A stretch of 64,000 nt of DNA from Kiritimatiellia bacterium (GTDB lineage: Bacteria > Verrucomicrobiota > Kiritimatiellia > RFP12 > JBMNHG01), in assembly GCA_050950285.1 (NCBI GenBank), contig JBMNHG010000002.1, positions 824,654 to 888,653 of the forward strand, given 5' to 3'. Each line of letters starts with the position of its first letter. Position 1 is the first letter of the stretch. Positions 31,471 to 40,041 of this stretch are shown piece by piece. The notes beneath the pieces were generated by a model, which was not told the origin of the DNA, searched no databases, and worked only from the letters and a program-made list of their open reading frames with translations. The translations under genes and the position numbers were made by a program.

Positions 31471-32427
31471 ATGATGAAGATTTTGCAGATCATGGCACCG
31501 CAGGAGACCGTGGTGCGCGAGGTGGATATCCCGCAGCCGGGTGCCGGCGAGGTGCTCATGCGCGTGAATGCCGTGACCACCTGTCCCCAGTGGGACTTGC
31601 ACCTGTGGCACAACGAGCCGATGTTTGCGGGTGGCACCCTCGAGTTTCCCTATACGCCCGGCCAGCCGGGGCATGAGGCCACCGGGGTGATCGAGGCGGT
31701 CGGCGAGGGGGTTGCAGGGCTGGCACCCGGCGACCGCGTGAGCGCCTGGCGCGATCCGGGGCACAACCTGCCGGGATGCTATGCGCAGTATGTGGTACAC
31801 CGCGCGGAGAACGTCATCCGGGTTCCCGACGGTCTATCCGACGAGGCGCTGGCACCGGTCGAGCTGGCGATGTGCGTGGGTACCGTGTTCCGCATGCTGA
31901 AGTCGATGGATGCGATACGCGGACGCAGCTTCGGGGTCAGCGGCCTCGGGCCTGCGGGTCTGGTGGCGCTCCAGATGGCCAGGGCCGAGGGTGCCAGCGA
32001 GGTTATCGGGTTTGATCTGAATCCCGGGCGGCGCGCGGTGGCGTGCCGGCTTGGCGCCAAGGCGTGCTATGATCCGCGCGAAGTCGCGGAAGATGCGGCG
32101 TCTCCGCGCTTCGAGACCTCCGTGGACTGCGTGGGTGCCAAGGCCAGCGTCGAGTTCCTGATGGACCGGACGAATGATGCCGTGGGGCTGTTCGGCGTGC
32201 AGCGCGAGGATTATACCTACCGTCCGCGCCACAACCGCCTGCGCCTGTGTGGCTACAAGGGACATTGCCGCGAGTCGGCCGAATATGCGGTGGATTTGAT
32301 CCGCAGGGGGCAGCTCGACCTCGCACCGCTGGTCACCCACCGCCTGCCGCTCGAGCGCTATGCCGAGGGCATCAGGCTGCTCGAGCAACAGCAGGCGCTC
32401 AAGATCTGCTTCCTGCCGTGGGCTTGA
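31471..32427 (+). CDS. Zn-dependent alcohol dehydrogenase-like (MDR) oxidoreductase
   Basis: P.PG.GEVL, C..WD, PGHEA.G.IEAVGEGV..L.PGDRV, GLGPAG, LVTHR.PLE. Confidence 0.88.
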   Translation: MMKILQIMAPQETVVREVDIPQPGAGEVLMRVNAVTTCPQWDLHLWHNEPMFAGGTLEFPYTPGQPGHEATGVIEAVGEGVAGLAPGDRVSAWRDPGHNLPGCYAQYVVHRAENVIRVPDGLSDEALAPVELAMCVGTVFRMLKSMDAIRGRSFGVSGLGPAGLVALQMARAEGASEVIGFDLNPGRRAVACRLGAKACYDPREVAEDAASPRFETSVDCVGAKASVEFLMDRTNDAVGLFGVQREDYTYRPRHNRLRLCGYKGHCRESAEYAVDLIRRGQLDLAPLVTHRLPLERYAEGIRLLEQQQALKICFLPWA

Positions 32428-32569
32428 GACCGCCGGAGGCGGCCTCAAGCTGCCAGGGTTCAGGGTTCAGTTGGGCCACCGGAGACCGAAGGGTGCCAGT
32501 TAGAACAGGTCAGAGACAAGATTTTCAGGATTTTCCCGGACTGCCCCGCTGCTGTTTTTTGACGGAATA

Positions 32570-32665
32570 GAGCCTTTGCAAAACCCATTGCTTGCACGTG
32601 GCACGGGCATCCTGCCCGTGTTTCATGGGCGGAACGCCCATGCCGCGAGGGGGTTTGCAAGAGCC
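32570..32665. repeat. Second-family REP doublet nested in an imperfect inverted repeat (MITE-like)
   Basis: GTGGCACGGGCATCCTGCCCGTG-TTT-CATGGGCGGAACGCCCATGCCGC (32598-32646) flanked by TTTGCAAAACCC / GGGGTTTGCAAG. Confidence 0.7.
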
Positions 32666-32685
32666 CCATTGTTAAGAACCACGTC

Positions 32686-33561
32686 ATGATTACAACTTTT
32701 GCATGCATCCCCTGTCTGGCACGGCAGGCGGCCGAAGCGGCCGAGATGAGCGTGGCCGATCCGGCGCGGCGCGAGGAACTGGTGCGGTTGCTGCTGCGTG
32801 AGATTGCCGATACGGATTGGAAGGTCTCGCCGGTGCGGATTTCTCAGTTGATGCAGCGTCGCGTGCGCGAATTCAGCGGCAAGCCCGATCCCTACCGGGA
32901 ACTCAAGACACGCATGAACGACGCGGCCCTCGAGCTGTTGCCGGCGCTGGCCTCCGCCGCAGCGGAGCGACCCGATCCGCACGAGGCGGCGGTACGGCTG
33001 GCGATCGCGGGCAACCTGCTCGACGCCGGTTCGAGGGAGCGTCTGATGCCCGAGGAGCTGGCTGAGCACCTCGCCCGTATCTGGGAACTGCCGCTTGTGG
33101 GCGACGTGGCGGCGCTCTTCCGCGCGGCGGAGTCGGCGCAGCGGATCCTCTATCTGGCGGACAACGCCGGCGAGATCGTCTTCGACAAGCTGCTGGTCGA
33201 GGCGCTGCCGCGGGGCCGCGTGACTCTGGTTGTGCGCGGCGTGCCGGTGCTCAACGACGTCACGCATGAGGATGCCGTCGTGGCGGGGCTGCACGAGGTG
33301 GCCGAGGTGATCGACAACGGCTCGGATGCGCCGGGAACGATCCTTGACGAGACCTCGCCCGCCTTCCGGCAGCGATTCCGCGAGGCCGACCTGATCATCG
33401 CCAAGGGGCAGGGCAACTTCGAGACGCTCTCGGAGGTCGATGCGCCGATCTACTATCTGCTGACCGTCAAGTGTCCGGCAGTGGGCAAGGCCATCGGGGC
33501 ACCGGTAGGCGCCATGGTCGTCAAGCCGGCGACGTCTGTAAGGAGGAGTGCGGCCGCATGA
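32686..33561 (+). CDS. ARMT1-like / DUF89 damage-control phosphatase
   Basis: CIPC..RQ, DPY.E.K, AIAGN..D, YLADNAGE..FD, P.LND.T, IIAKGQGNFETL, VKC. Confidence 0.92.
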   Translation: MITTFACIPCLARQAAEAAEMSVADPARREELVRLLLREIADTDWKVSPVRISQLMQRRVREFSGKPDPYRELKTRMNDAALELLPALASAAAERPDPHEAAVRLAIAGNLLDAGSRERLMPEELAEHLARIWELPLVGDVAALFRAAESAQRILYLADNAGEIVFDKLLVEALPRGRVTLVVRGVPVLNDVTHEDAVVAGLHEVAEVIDNGSDAPGTILDETSPAFRQRFREADLIIAKGQGNFETLSEVDAPIYYLLTVKCPAVGKAIGAPVGAMVVKPATSVRRSAAA

Positions 33562-34394
33562 ATGCTTCGCTCAATGTCACGCTACTGGCCGAAAACACCG
33601 CAGAGGGCAGGGGAATCCGTGGGGAGCACGGGCTGGCCTTCTGGATCGAGCGCGATGGACAGCGCATCCTCTTCGACACGGGCCAGGGACTTGTCCTCGC
33701 CGACAATGCCAAACGCCTGGATGTGGAGCTTGCCGCCGCGGATGCCCTTGTGCTCAGCCACGGACACTACGACCACACGGGCGGAGTGGCGCAAGTGCTG
33801 GCGGCGGTGAACCGGGAACTGCCGGTCTACGCGCATCCCGCTGCGCTGGAGGCCAAGTACCATGCCGCCGGTAGCGGTGTCCGCGAAATCGGCATGCCCG
33901 CGGCATGCCGTCAGGCGCTGGAGACGCAGGCGCAGCTCATCCTTTCGACGACGGGATCAACCATTGCCGAGGGAATCCGCACCAGCGGCGAGATTCCGCG
34001 CATCCATCCCGAGGAGATTTCGGACGAGCATTTCTGCCTCGATGCCGCAGGTCAGGTGGTTGATCCCATTGCCGACGACCAGGCATTGATCGTGGGGACC
34101 GGGTCGGGTGTCGTGGTTTTGCTGGGATGTGCCCACGCAGGATTGGTCAACACGTTGGATCACGTGCGAGAGCTGACGAATGGAGCCCCGATCCGGGCGG
34201 TTGTCGGCGGCATGCACCTGCGTAATGCAACTCCCGAGCGGCTCGAGTGGACCGTGCGCGAGTTGCAGCGGTTTAACATCGCCCGGCTCTATCCCATGCA
34301 CTGCACCGGCTTTGCGGCGGCCGCCACGCTGTGGAAGGCGCTGCCGGGGCGCGGGCAGGTGGCCGGCGCGGGCACCACCCTGACGTTCGACTAG
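33558..34394 (+). CDS. MBL-fold metallo-hydrolase
   Basis: GEHGL..WIE, LFDTGQ, LSHGHYDHTGG, DDQAL, GCAHAG..N, GGMHL, PMHCTG. Confidence 0.9.
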   Translation: MNASLNVTLLAENTAEGRGIRGEHGLAFWIERDGQRILFDTGQGLVLADNAKRLDVELAAADALVLSHGHYDHTGGVAQVLAAVNRELPVYAHPAALEAKYHAAGSGVREIGMPAACRQALETQAQLILSTTGSTIAEGIRTSGEIPRIHPEEISDEHFCLDAAGQVVDPIADDQALIVGTGSGVVVLLGCAHAGLVNTLDHVRELTNGAPIRAVVGGMHLRNATPERLEWTVRELQRFNIARLYPMHCTGFAAAATLWKALPGRGQVAGAGTTLTFD

Positions 34395-34583
34395 GATGAC
34401 GTCTTTTGGACGGGATGCGACTCGGTCGCAGCAAACGTCAATAAGGTCAGTCAAGTCAACAAGGTCGAAATACCGCCGCGCCCGCCTTGCGTCTTCGCCG
34501 ACGCCCGCCGGCGCACCGCTGTGGCGGCTTGACTTTGCCACTCGCCTGGTGCTTAATGGCGCTACTCTCCTAGAGGGACGCTT

Positions 34584-35243
34584 ATGGCATTTCAAGGTCA
34601 TCTCAAGTTCGGCAAATCCATTCTGCACGGCGCTGAGGAACGGCTCAAAGCCTTCCTGCTGCCGCGTGTGCCGCGCCGGGTCGAGACCTATCACCTGACC
34701 CTCACGACCGTGCTGTGGTCGGCGCTGATTCCCTGCTTCTGCTATCTGGCGCGCGGCTCGATCCACTGGCTCTGGGGGGTCAACGTCTGCATTGTCGGCC
34801 AGTATATCACCGACCTCCTCGATGGCGCCGTCGGCCGCGCGCGCAATACGGGCCTCAAGCGGTGGGGCTACTATGTCGACCACTTCCTCGACTACATCTT
34901 CCTCGGTTCGATCTTCTTCGGCTATGCCGTCCTGCTGCCGGCCGTCTACCACAAGATGATCCTCTTTGCCCTGGTCATGTTCGTCGGCTTCATGGTGCAT
35001 GCCTTTCTGGAGTTCGCCTGCACCAACCGCTTCACCATCTCCTATCTGGGGGTCGGCCCGACCGAGGTGCGGTTGCTCTTCATCGCGATCAACGTGCTGC
35101 TGATCATCTTCGGCAAGACCCATCTGGCGGCAGCGCTGCCGTATGTCGTCACCGGCTCGTTCTTCGGGCTCTTCATCACGGTCTACCGGACGGCGCGCAA
35201 GCTGTGGCAGATGGACATGGAGGAGAAGCGGCGGTCCACATGA
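34584..35243 (+). CDS. CDP-alcohol phosphatidyltransferase family protein
   Basis: D..DGAVGRAR......WGYYVDHFLD signature; GPTE.R; multiple TM segments. Confidence 0.85.
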   Translation: MAFQGHLKFGKSILHGAEERLKAFLLPRVPRRVETYHLTLTTVLWSALIPCFCYLARGSIHWLWGVNVCIVGQYITDLLDGAVGRARNTGLKRWGYYVDHFLDYIFLGSIFFGYAVLLPAVYHKMILFALVMFVGFMVHAFLEFACTNRFTISYLGVGPTEVRLLFIAINVLLIIFGKTHLAAALPYVVTGSFFGLFITVYRTARKLWQMDMEEKRRST

Positions 35244-35959
35244 ACGAACCCTTCCGAAGGCGCTTTCTGGTTGCGCTGGCCACATTGACGGTGGCCGGCG
35301 GTCTTGTCTGGTGGGGCGTGCATCCCGCGACCCGCCTCGTCGGCCTGATCCTGCTTATCGTCGCGGGGCTTGGGCTGGCGCTCGCGGTACGCGACCTGCG
35401 CCGCCACCGCCGCCACAGCCGGACCTACCTGCGCCACTTCGCCGTGGCCTACGCGCCGCACTTTGTCGTCGCCATTCTCCTCGCCGCGCTGCTCCGCGCC
35501 TGGATACTCTTCGCGCCCCCCGAGCCCTCGCCGCTGCTGGCGGTAGAGGGCACCTCGTTGCAGGAGCGGATCCGCGCCGACACCGTGCGCCTGCTGGCCA
35601 CGACCAACGACAGCCCCGCGGCCCGCCAGCTCTGCCACGAGCTGGCGCAGACCTACCAGACCTTCTTCCAGATCGACGCCGTCGCCCACGCGAAGGTGCA
35701 CACCGATGCCTTTCTGCTCTCCTACGCCGCCCTGCTCCGCGAGACCGGCTGGCGCGTCAGTGCGGAGGATGGAAGCGAGGTCGCCCGCCCGGTCCGCGTG
35801 CGGCTTGCGGCCAGCGCCGCCTACCTTCCCCTGATCCGCGGCAACAGCCCCGACAACCCCCTCCTGCCGCTGATCGACGAGGCGCGGCAGCAGATTCCGG
35901 AACGCCGCATGCCGCGCTACCCGCTGCACGCGCTGCGCCGCTACGCCCTGCCGGAGTAG
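35240..35959 (+). CDS. Hypothetical membrane protein
   Basis: ATGA-coupled to the upstream gene; three N-terminal hydrophobic segments; no motif recognised. Confidence 0.6.
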   Translation: MNEPFRRRFLVALATLTVAGGLVWWGVHPATRLVGLILLIVAGLGLALAVRDLRRHRRHSRTYLRHFAVAYAPHFVVAILLAALLRAWILFAPPEPSPLLAVEGTSLQERIRADTVRLLATTNDSPAARQLCHELAQTYQTFFQIDAVAHAKVHTDAFLLSYAALLRETGWRVSAEDGSEVARPVRVRLAASAAYLPLIRGNSPDNPLLPLIDEARQQIPERRMPRYPLHALRRYALPE

Positions 35960-36039
35960 CGGGGATGTGCCGGTTGGATCGCAGCGGGGCTTGTGCGTAG
36001 GGCCGGCCGGTCATCGTAATCGATGCCCGCAAAACGCCA

Positions 36040-37689
36040 TCAGGAAGGCGGCGGAAGCGCGGCCATGGCCTGCTGCAGGTTCGGATAGAACATCCGGTCG
36101 CCCGGCAGCTCGTCCCAGCCGGCTCTTCGGACGATATCCCTGACGCCCGCCTTCATGCCGGCGCACGCGAATTGCACGCCGGCGGCGGCGCAGTCGCGCA
36201 TCAGCTCCGTCAACATCGACACGGCCACGCCGTCGATGTCGTTGACGCCGGACATGTCCAGCAGCACCCAGCGCACCTCGGGACGTTGCGCCAGCAGCGC
36301 CCGGATCCGCTCTTCCACAAACCCGGCATTGGCGAAATAGAGGCTGGCTTCGAAACGCAGGATCAGCAGCCACGGCAACGTGGCCGCATCCGGATAACGA
36401 CGGAGGTCGCGGAACTCCTGCTCCCCGACCCGTCCCAGAATCGACATCCCCGGGCGGGCGCTACGCAGGACGAACAGCGCCAACGAGAAGGCGATACCGG
36501 CCAGCAGCCCTTTGTCCATCCCGAAGCCCAGTGTCACCAGGAAGGTCGCCAGGAAGATCCAGCCGTCGGCCTGCTTGACTTTGAAGAGGTACCGCGCTTC
36601 CTTGAAATCGATCAGGCCGATGACCGCCACCAGGATGATCGCCGCCAGCACCGCATTGGGCAGGTGGGTGAACAGCGGGGTCAGGAACAACAGCGTCAGC
36701 AGCACCAATGCGGCCGTGACGACCGACGCCAGCGGCGTGCGCGCGCCGGCCTGGTAGTTCACCGCAGTGCGGGAAAACCCGCCTGCGACCGGGTATCCGG
36801 AAAACAGTCCGCCCGCCACATTGGCCAATCCCAGCCCGAGCATTTCACGATTGGCGTCGATGCGGTACTTCTCGCGGGTGGCGATCCACTTCGCCACCGC
36901 GATGGACTCCATCGTGCCGACAAAGACGATCATCCATGCCGACGGCAGCAGGTGTCGTATGCCATTCCAGGAGATGTCGGGCAAGCGCCAGGACGGCAGG
37001 CCGCCGGAGACCTCCCCAACCGCGCGCACGCCGTACTCCTCCAGGTGGAACGCCCAGACCAACAGGGTGGCTACGACGATAACCGGCAGGGTGACGGGGA
37101 AGCGCCAGCCCTTGAGGCGGGCCAGAAGCAGAATCGCGACGGCGCCCAAACCGATCGCGAGCGTCGGCAGATGCGTGTCGGGGAGCTTGCGCAGCACGTC
37201 CAGGGCCAGCGCCAGCACGGAGTTTCCGCCCGAGAGCTTGACCCCCAGCAGATGCCCGAACTGGCTGAGGCCGATCAGAATCGCGCCTGCGGAGGTAAAG
37301 CCGCTGACCACGGCATGCGAGACGAAGTTGAGCAGGAAGCCCGCGCGGCACAGCCCGAGTGCGATTTGAATCGCCCCGACCAGCAGCGCCAGCGCGGCCG
37401 CCCGGCTGGCTATCGTTGTCAAATCGGCGGCGGCGCCGGCCGGTCCGGCGCAGGCGTCGGCCACCAGCAGCGACACGATCGCCACGGGGCCGACCGCGAG
37501 CTGCCGCGACGTGCCCAGGAGCGCATAGGCCAGCAAGGGCACGGTCGAGGCATACAGCCCGACCACAGGCGGCAACCCGGCCAGCATCGCGTAGGCCATC
37601 GCCTGCGGCACCAGCATCACCGCGACAACCAGCCCGGCAATGCAGTCCTTCCGCAAGTCCTGTCGGCTGTAGCTCCGCAACCAGGTCAC
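36040..37689 (-). CDS. sulP: SulP/SLC26 anion permease with STAS domain
   Basis: D.IAGL.VAV.LVPQAMAYA.LAGLPP..GLY, GTSRQL.VGP, GGFSRTAVN..AGART, LYFANA, D.SGVN.ID; GTG start approximate. Confidence 0.92.
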   Translation of the reverse strand: MTWLRSYSRQDLRKDCIAGLVVAVMLVPQAMAYAMLAGLPPVVGLYASTVPLLAYALLGTSRQLAVGPVAIVSLLVADACAGPAGAAADLTTIASRAAALALLVGAIQIALGLCRAGFLLNFVSHAVVSGFTSAGAILIGLSQFGHLLGVKLSGGNSVLALALDVLRKLPDTHLPTLAIGLGAVAILLLARLKGWRFPVTLPVIVVATLLVWAFHLEEYGVRAVGEVSGGLPSWRLPDISWNGIRHLLPSAWMIVFVGTMESIAVAKWIATREKYRIDANREMLGLGLANVAGGLFSGYPVAGGFSRTAVNYQAGARTPLASVVTAALVLLTLLFLTPLFTHLPNAVLAAIILVAVIGLIDFKEARYLFKVKQADGWIFLATFLVTLGFGMDKGLLAGIAFSLALFVLRSARPGMSILGRVGEQEFRDLRRYPDAATLPWLLILRFEASLYFANAGFVEERIRALLAQRPEVRWVLLDMSGVNDIDGVAVSMLTELMRDCAAAGVQFACAGMKAGVRDIVRRAGWDELPGDRMFYPNLQQAMAALPPPS

Positions 37690-37700
37690 GGCGAGGTTCC

Positions 37701-39077
37701 TCAGCGGTTTTTCTGCGAGGCCCGCCAGGCGATCATGCCGCCGATCAGGGTGAAGACCTTCGGATAGCCCATCGACTTCAGGATGCTGCCGGCGATGTTG
37801 CCGCGATAGCCGGAACCGCAGACGGTGGTGATGTGACGGGCCTTGTCCAGGTCGAAATCCCCCGCGATGATGTTGCCGATCGGAATGTGTACCGCCCGCT
37901 CGATATGACCGGACGCCCATTCGATGTCGGAACGCACATCCACCACCAGATGGTCGGGATATTTGTCCATCACCTCCTTCAGGCTCTCGGGGGTGAGCTG
38001 GGGCAGATGATCCAAGGGCTTGGCCTGCGCCGCCCAGCCGCTGACGCCGTCGCCGAGATAGCCGATCAGGCGGTCATAACCGGCCCGGCGGTAGAGGTAC
38101 GCGGCCTCCGCCGCCTTGGCGGGCGTGTCCGCGACGACGATGAGATCGGTGTCCGCCGACACCACCATCCCCAGCCAGTTCACCGAAGATGGCACCAGGC
38201 CGATGTTCACGGAACCCCGGATATACGCTGCGCCGAACGCGCTCGGCGCCCGCGTATCGACAATTTTCGCCCCCCGGGCCAGCGCCTCCTCGACCTGCTG
38301 CACATCCAGCAGATTGAAGGGTACGGCCTCGGCCAACGGAGCGGGACCGCGCCGGTTCTTGTCGACCATCACCGCGAAGTTGTCCGGCCGGACCTGGAAG
38401 CCCGTGGTCATGATCTCGTGGAACCGCTCGAAGGGCATGTTGTCCAGCAGCGGGTTGTTGCGGCGCTCGAACCCCAGCGTGGACACCGGCTTGGGGCTCA
38501 TGCCGCGACCGCACAGCGAGCCCTCGCCGTGGGCGGGGTAGACCTCCACCCAGTCGGGGAAGCGGGCCAGCTTCACGTACAGGCTGTCGTACAGGTTTTT
38601 GACCTGCTCCTCCAGCAAATCCGCCCCGGCCAGGTCGGGGCGACCGATGTCGCCGATGAACAGAAGGTCGCCCGTCAGCAGCGCGAAAACGTCTTCCGAC
38701 CGGCCGTGATCCGTCACGGCGAAACTCACCGAGTTCGGCGTGTGTCCGAAGGTTTCGATCACCTCCAGCTCCGCGGCTCCGAAGCGGAAGCGGTCGCCGT
38801 CGCGCAAGTCCTCGTGCGGATATTCCGCCGCGACGCCGGGGTGCACGTAAATCTTCGCGCCGGTCCGCGCCGCCAGCTCGTTGCTGCCGGTGATGTGGTC
38901 GGCGTGCAGGTGCGTGTCGAAAATGTGCGTGATCCGGACGCCGTGCTGCTGAGCCGCCTGCAGGTATCGCTCGACATGCCGCTCGGGATCGACCACGCAG
39001 GCCGTTCCGGCCGCCGGACAGCCGATCAGGTAGGAGAAGCACCCCAGACCATCCACCTTGAATTGCTGAAACAACAT
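37701..39077 (-). CDS. MBL-fold persulfide-dioxygenase-like domain fused to two rhodanese domains (CstB-like)
   Basis: DTHLHADHITG, GHTP, TGD.LF.GD.GRPDL, YPAHG.GSLCG; C-terminal DVRS..EW..GHI and CGSGYR active loop. Confidence 0.9.
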   Translation of the reverse strand: MLFQQFKVDGLGCFSYLIGCPAAGTACVVDPERHVERYLQAAQQHGVRITHIFDTHLHADHITGSNELAARTGAKIYVHPGVAAEYPHEDLRDGDRFRFGAAELEVIETFGHTPNSVSFAVTDHGRSEDVFALLTGDLLFIGDIGRPDLAGADLLEEQVKNLYDSLYVKLARFPDWVEVYPAHGEGSLCGRGMSPKPVSTLGFERRNNPLLDNMPFERFHEIMTTGFQVRPDNFAVMVDKNRRGPAPLAEAVPFNLLDVQQVEEALARGAKIVDTRAPSAFGAAYIRGSVNIGLVPSSVNWLGMVVSADTDLIVVADTPAKAAEAAYLYRRAGYDRLIGYLGDGVSGWAAQAKPLDHLPQLTPESLKEVMDKYPDHLVVDVRSDIEWASGHIERAVHIPIGNIIAGDFDLDKARHITTVCGSGYRGNIAGSILKSMGYPKVFTLIGGMIAWRASQKNR

Positions 39078-39110
39078 GCCCTTTCCTCCTGGCGCGGGCG
39101 AAGCCCACAA

Positions 39111-39143
39111 CCCTCATCCCGGCCCTCTCCCGGCGGGAGAGGG
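39111..39143. repeat. CCCTCACCCC-type palindromic intergenic repeat
   Basis: CCCTCATCCCGGCCCTCTCCC-GGC-GGGAGAGGG hairpin between prx and the MBL gene. Confidence 0.7.
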
Positions 39144-39204
39144 TGAGAGAGGGCGAGAGGGTGAAACAACTTGTTTTCTATCGTGCTTGTTGACCCGTAA
39201 GGCA

Positions 39205-39861
39205 CTAATCCAGTTTCTTGTAGCTGAACCACCAGTCGAACGCTTCATACCCCTCTTCGCGGCGCTTCTCGATGGCGGCGACGCTGGATGGCGGCGGGAC
39301 AATGACCTTGTCCCCGATCAATTCATTGTTCGGCCAGCCTGCCGGCATGGCAACCTTCTTGGAGTCGGAGACCTGCAGGGCCTTGACCGCACGGACGACC
39401 TCGTCGATATTGCGGCCAATCTCCTGGGGATAATACAGGATCAGGCGGATGATGCCCTCGGGATCGCCCACGAAGACCGCGCGCACCGTGTTGGTGCCCT
39501 TGCCGGGATGCAGCATCCCCAGCTTCAGCGCGATGGCGTCATTGGCGGCGATAACCGGGAACTCGATGTCGACCTTCAGTTCGCTCTTGATCCACTCGAT
39601 CCATTTGATGTGCGAGAAAACCTGGTCGATCGACATTCCAACCAGCTTGCAGTTCAAAGCCTTGAACTGGTCGTAGCGCTTTTGGAACGCGACAAATTCG
39701 GTTGTGCAGACCGGGGTGAAGTCCGCCGGATGGCTGAACAGCACAAACCAGCTCCCCTTCAAATCGCCCGGAATGTTCATCGGACCGTGCGTGGTCGCAA
39801 CCGACAACTCCGGAAACTTATCGCCCAACAACGGCATGCTGTTTTTTGACTCTTCCATCAT
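39205..39861 (-). CDS. Peroxiredoxin (Prx6/TDXH type)
   Basis: [32 protein letters not shown]-terminal DWWF motif without flanking Cys. Confidence 0.93.
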   Translation of the reverse strand: MMEESKNSMPLLGDKFPELSVATTHGPMNIPGDLKGSWFVLFSHPADFTPVCTTEFVAFQKRYDQFKALNCKLVGMSIDQVFSHIKWIEWIKSELKVDIEFPVIAANDAIALKLGMLHPGKGTNTVRAVFVGDPEGIIRLILYYPQEIGRNIDEVVRAVKALQVSDSKKVAMPAGWPNNELIGDKVIVPPPSSVAAIEKRREEGYEAFDWWFSYKKLD

Positions 39862-40041
39862 GATGTTACCTTTCAACGGAATAATGAAAACATACCCGAC
39901 CGATCACGCCACGCGGCGTGAATCCGCCCTGAAGGAACTTCCTTCATATGCAACAGTATCCTAAAAAACGGCTCGCCTGTCAATCCAAAGCACGTATCGA
40001 ACGCATCGGAAACGGGCTTGGACTTCGCGTCACGAAGGCCA

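Noticed and set aside
32599..32615. Second sigma54 promoter (TGGCACG...TGC) before the DUF89 gene
   Set aside because: GG-to-GC spacing is 12 rather than 10 and the motif is part of a REP palindrome
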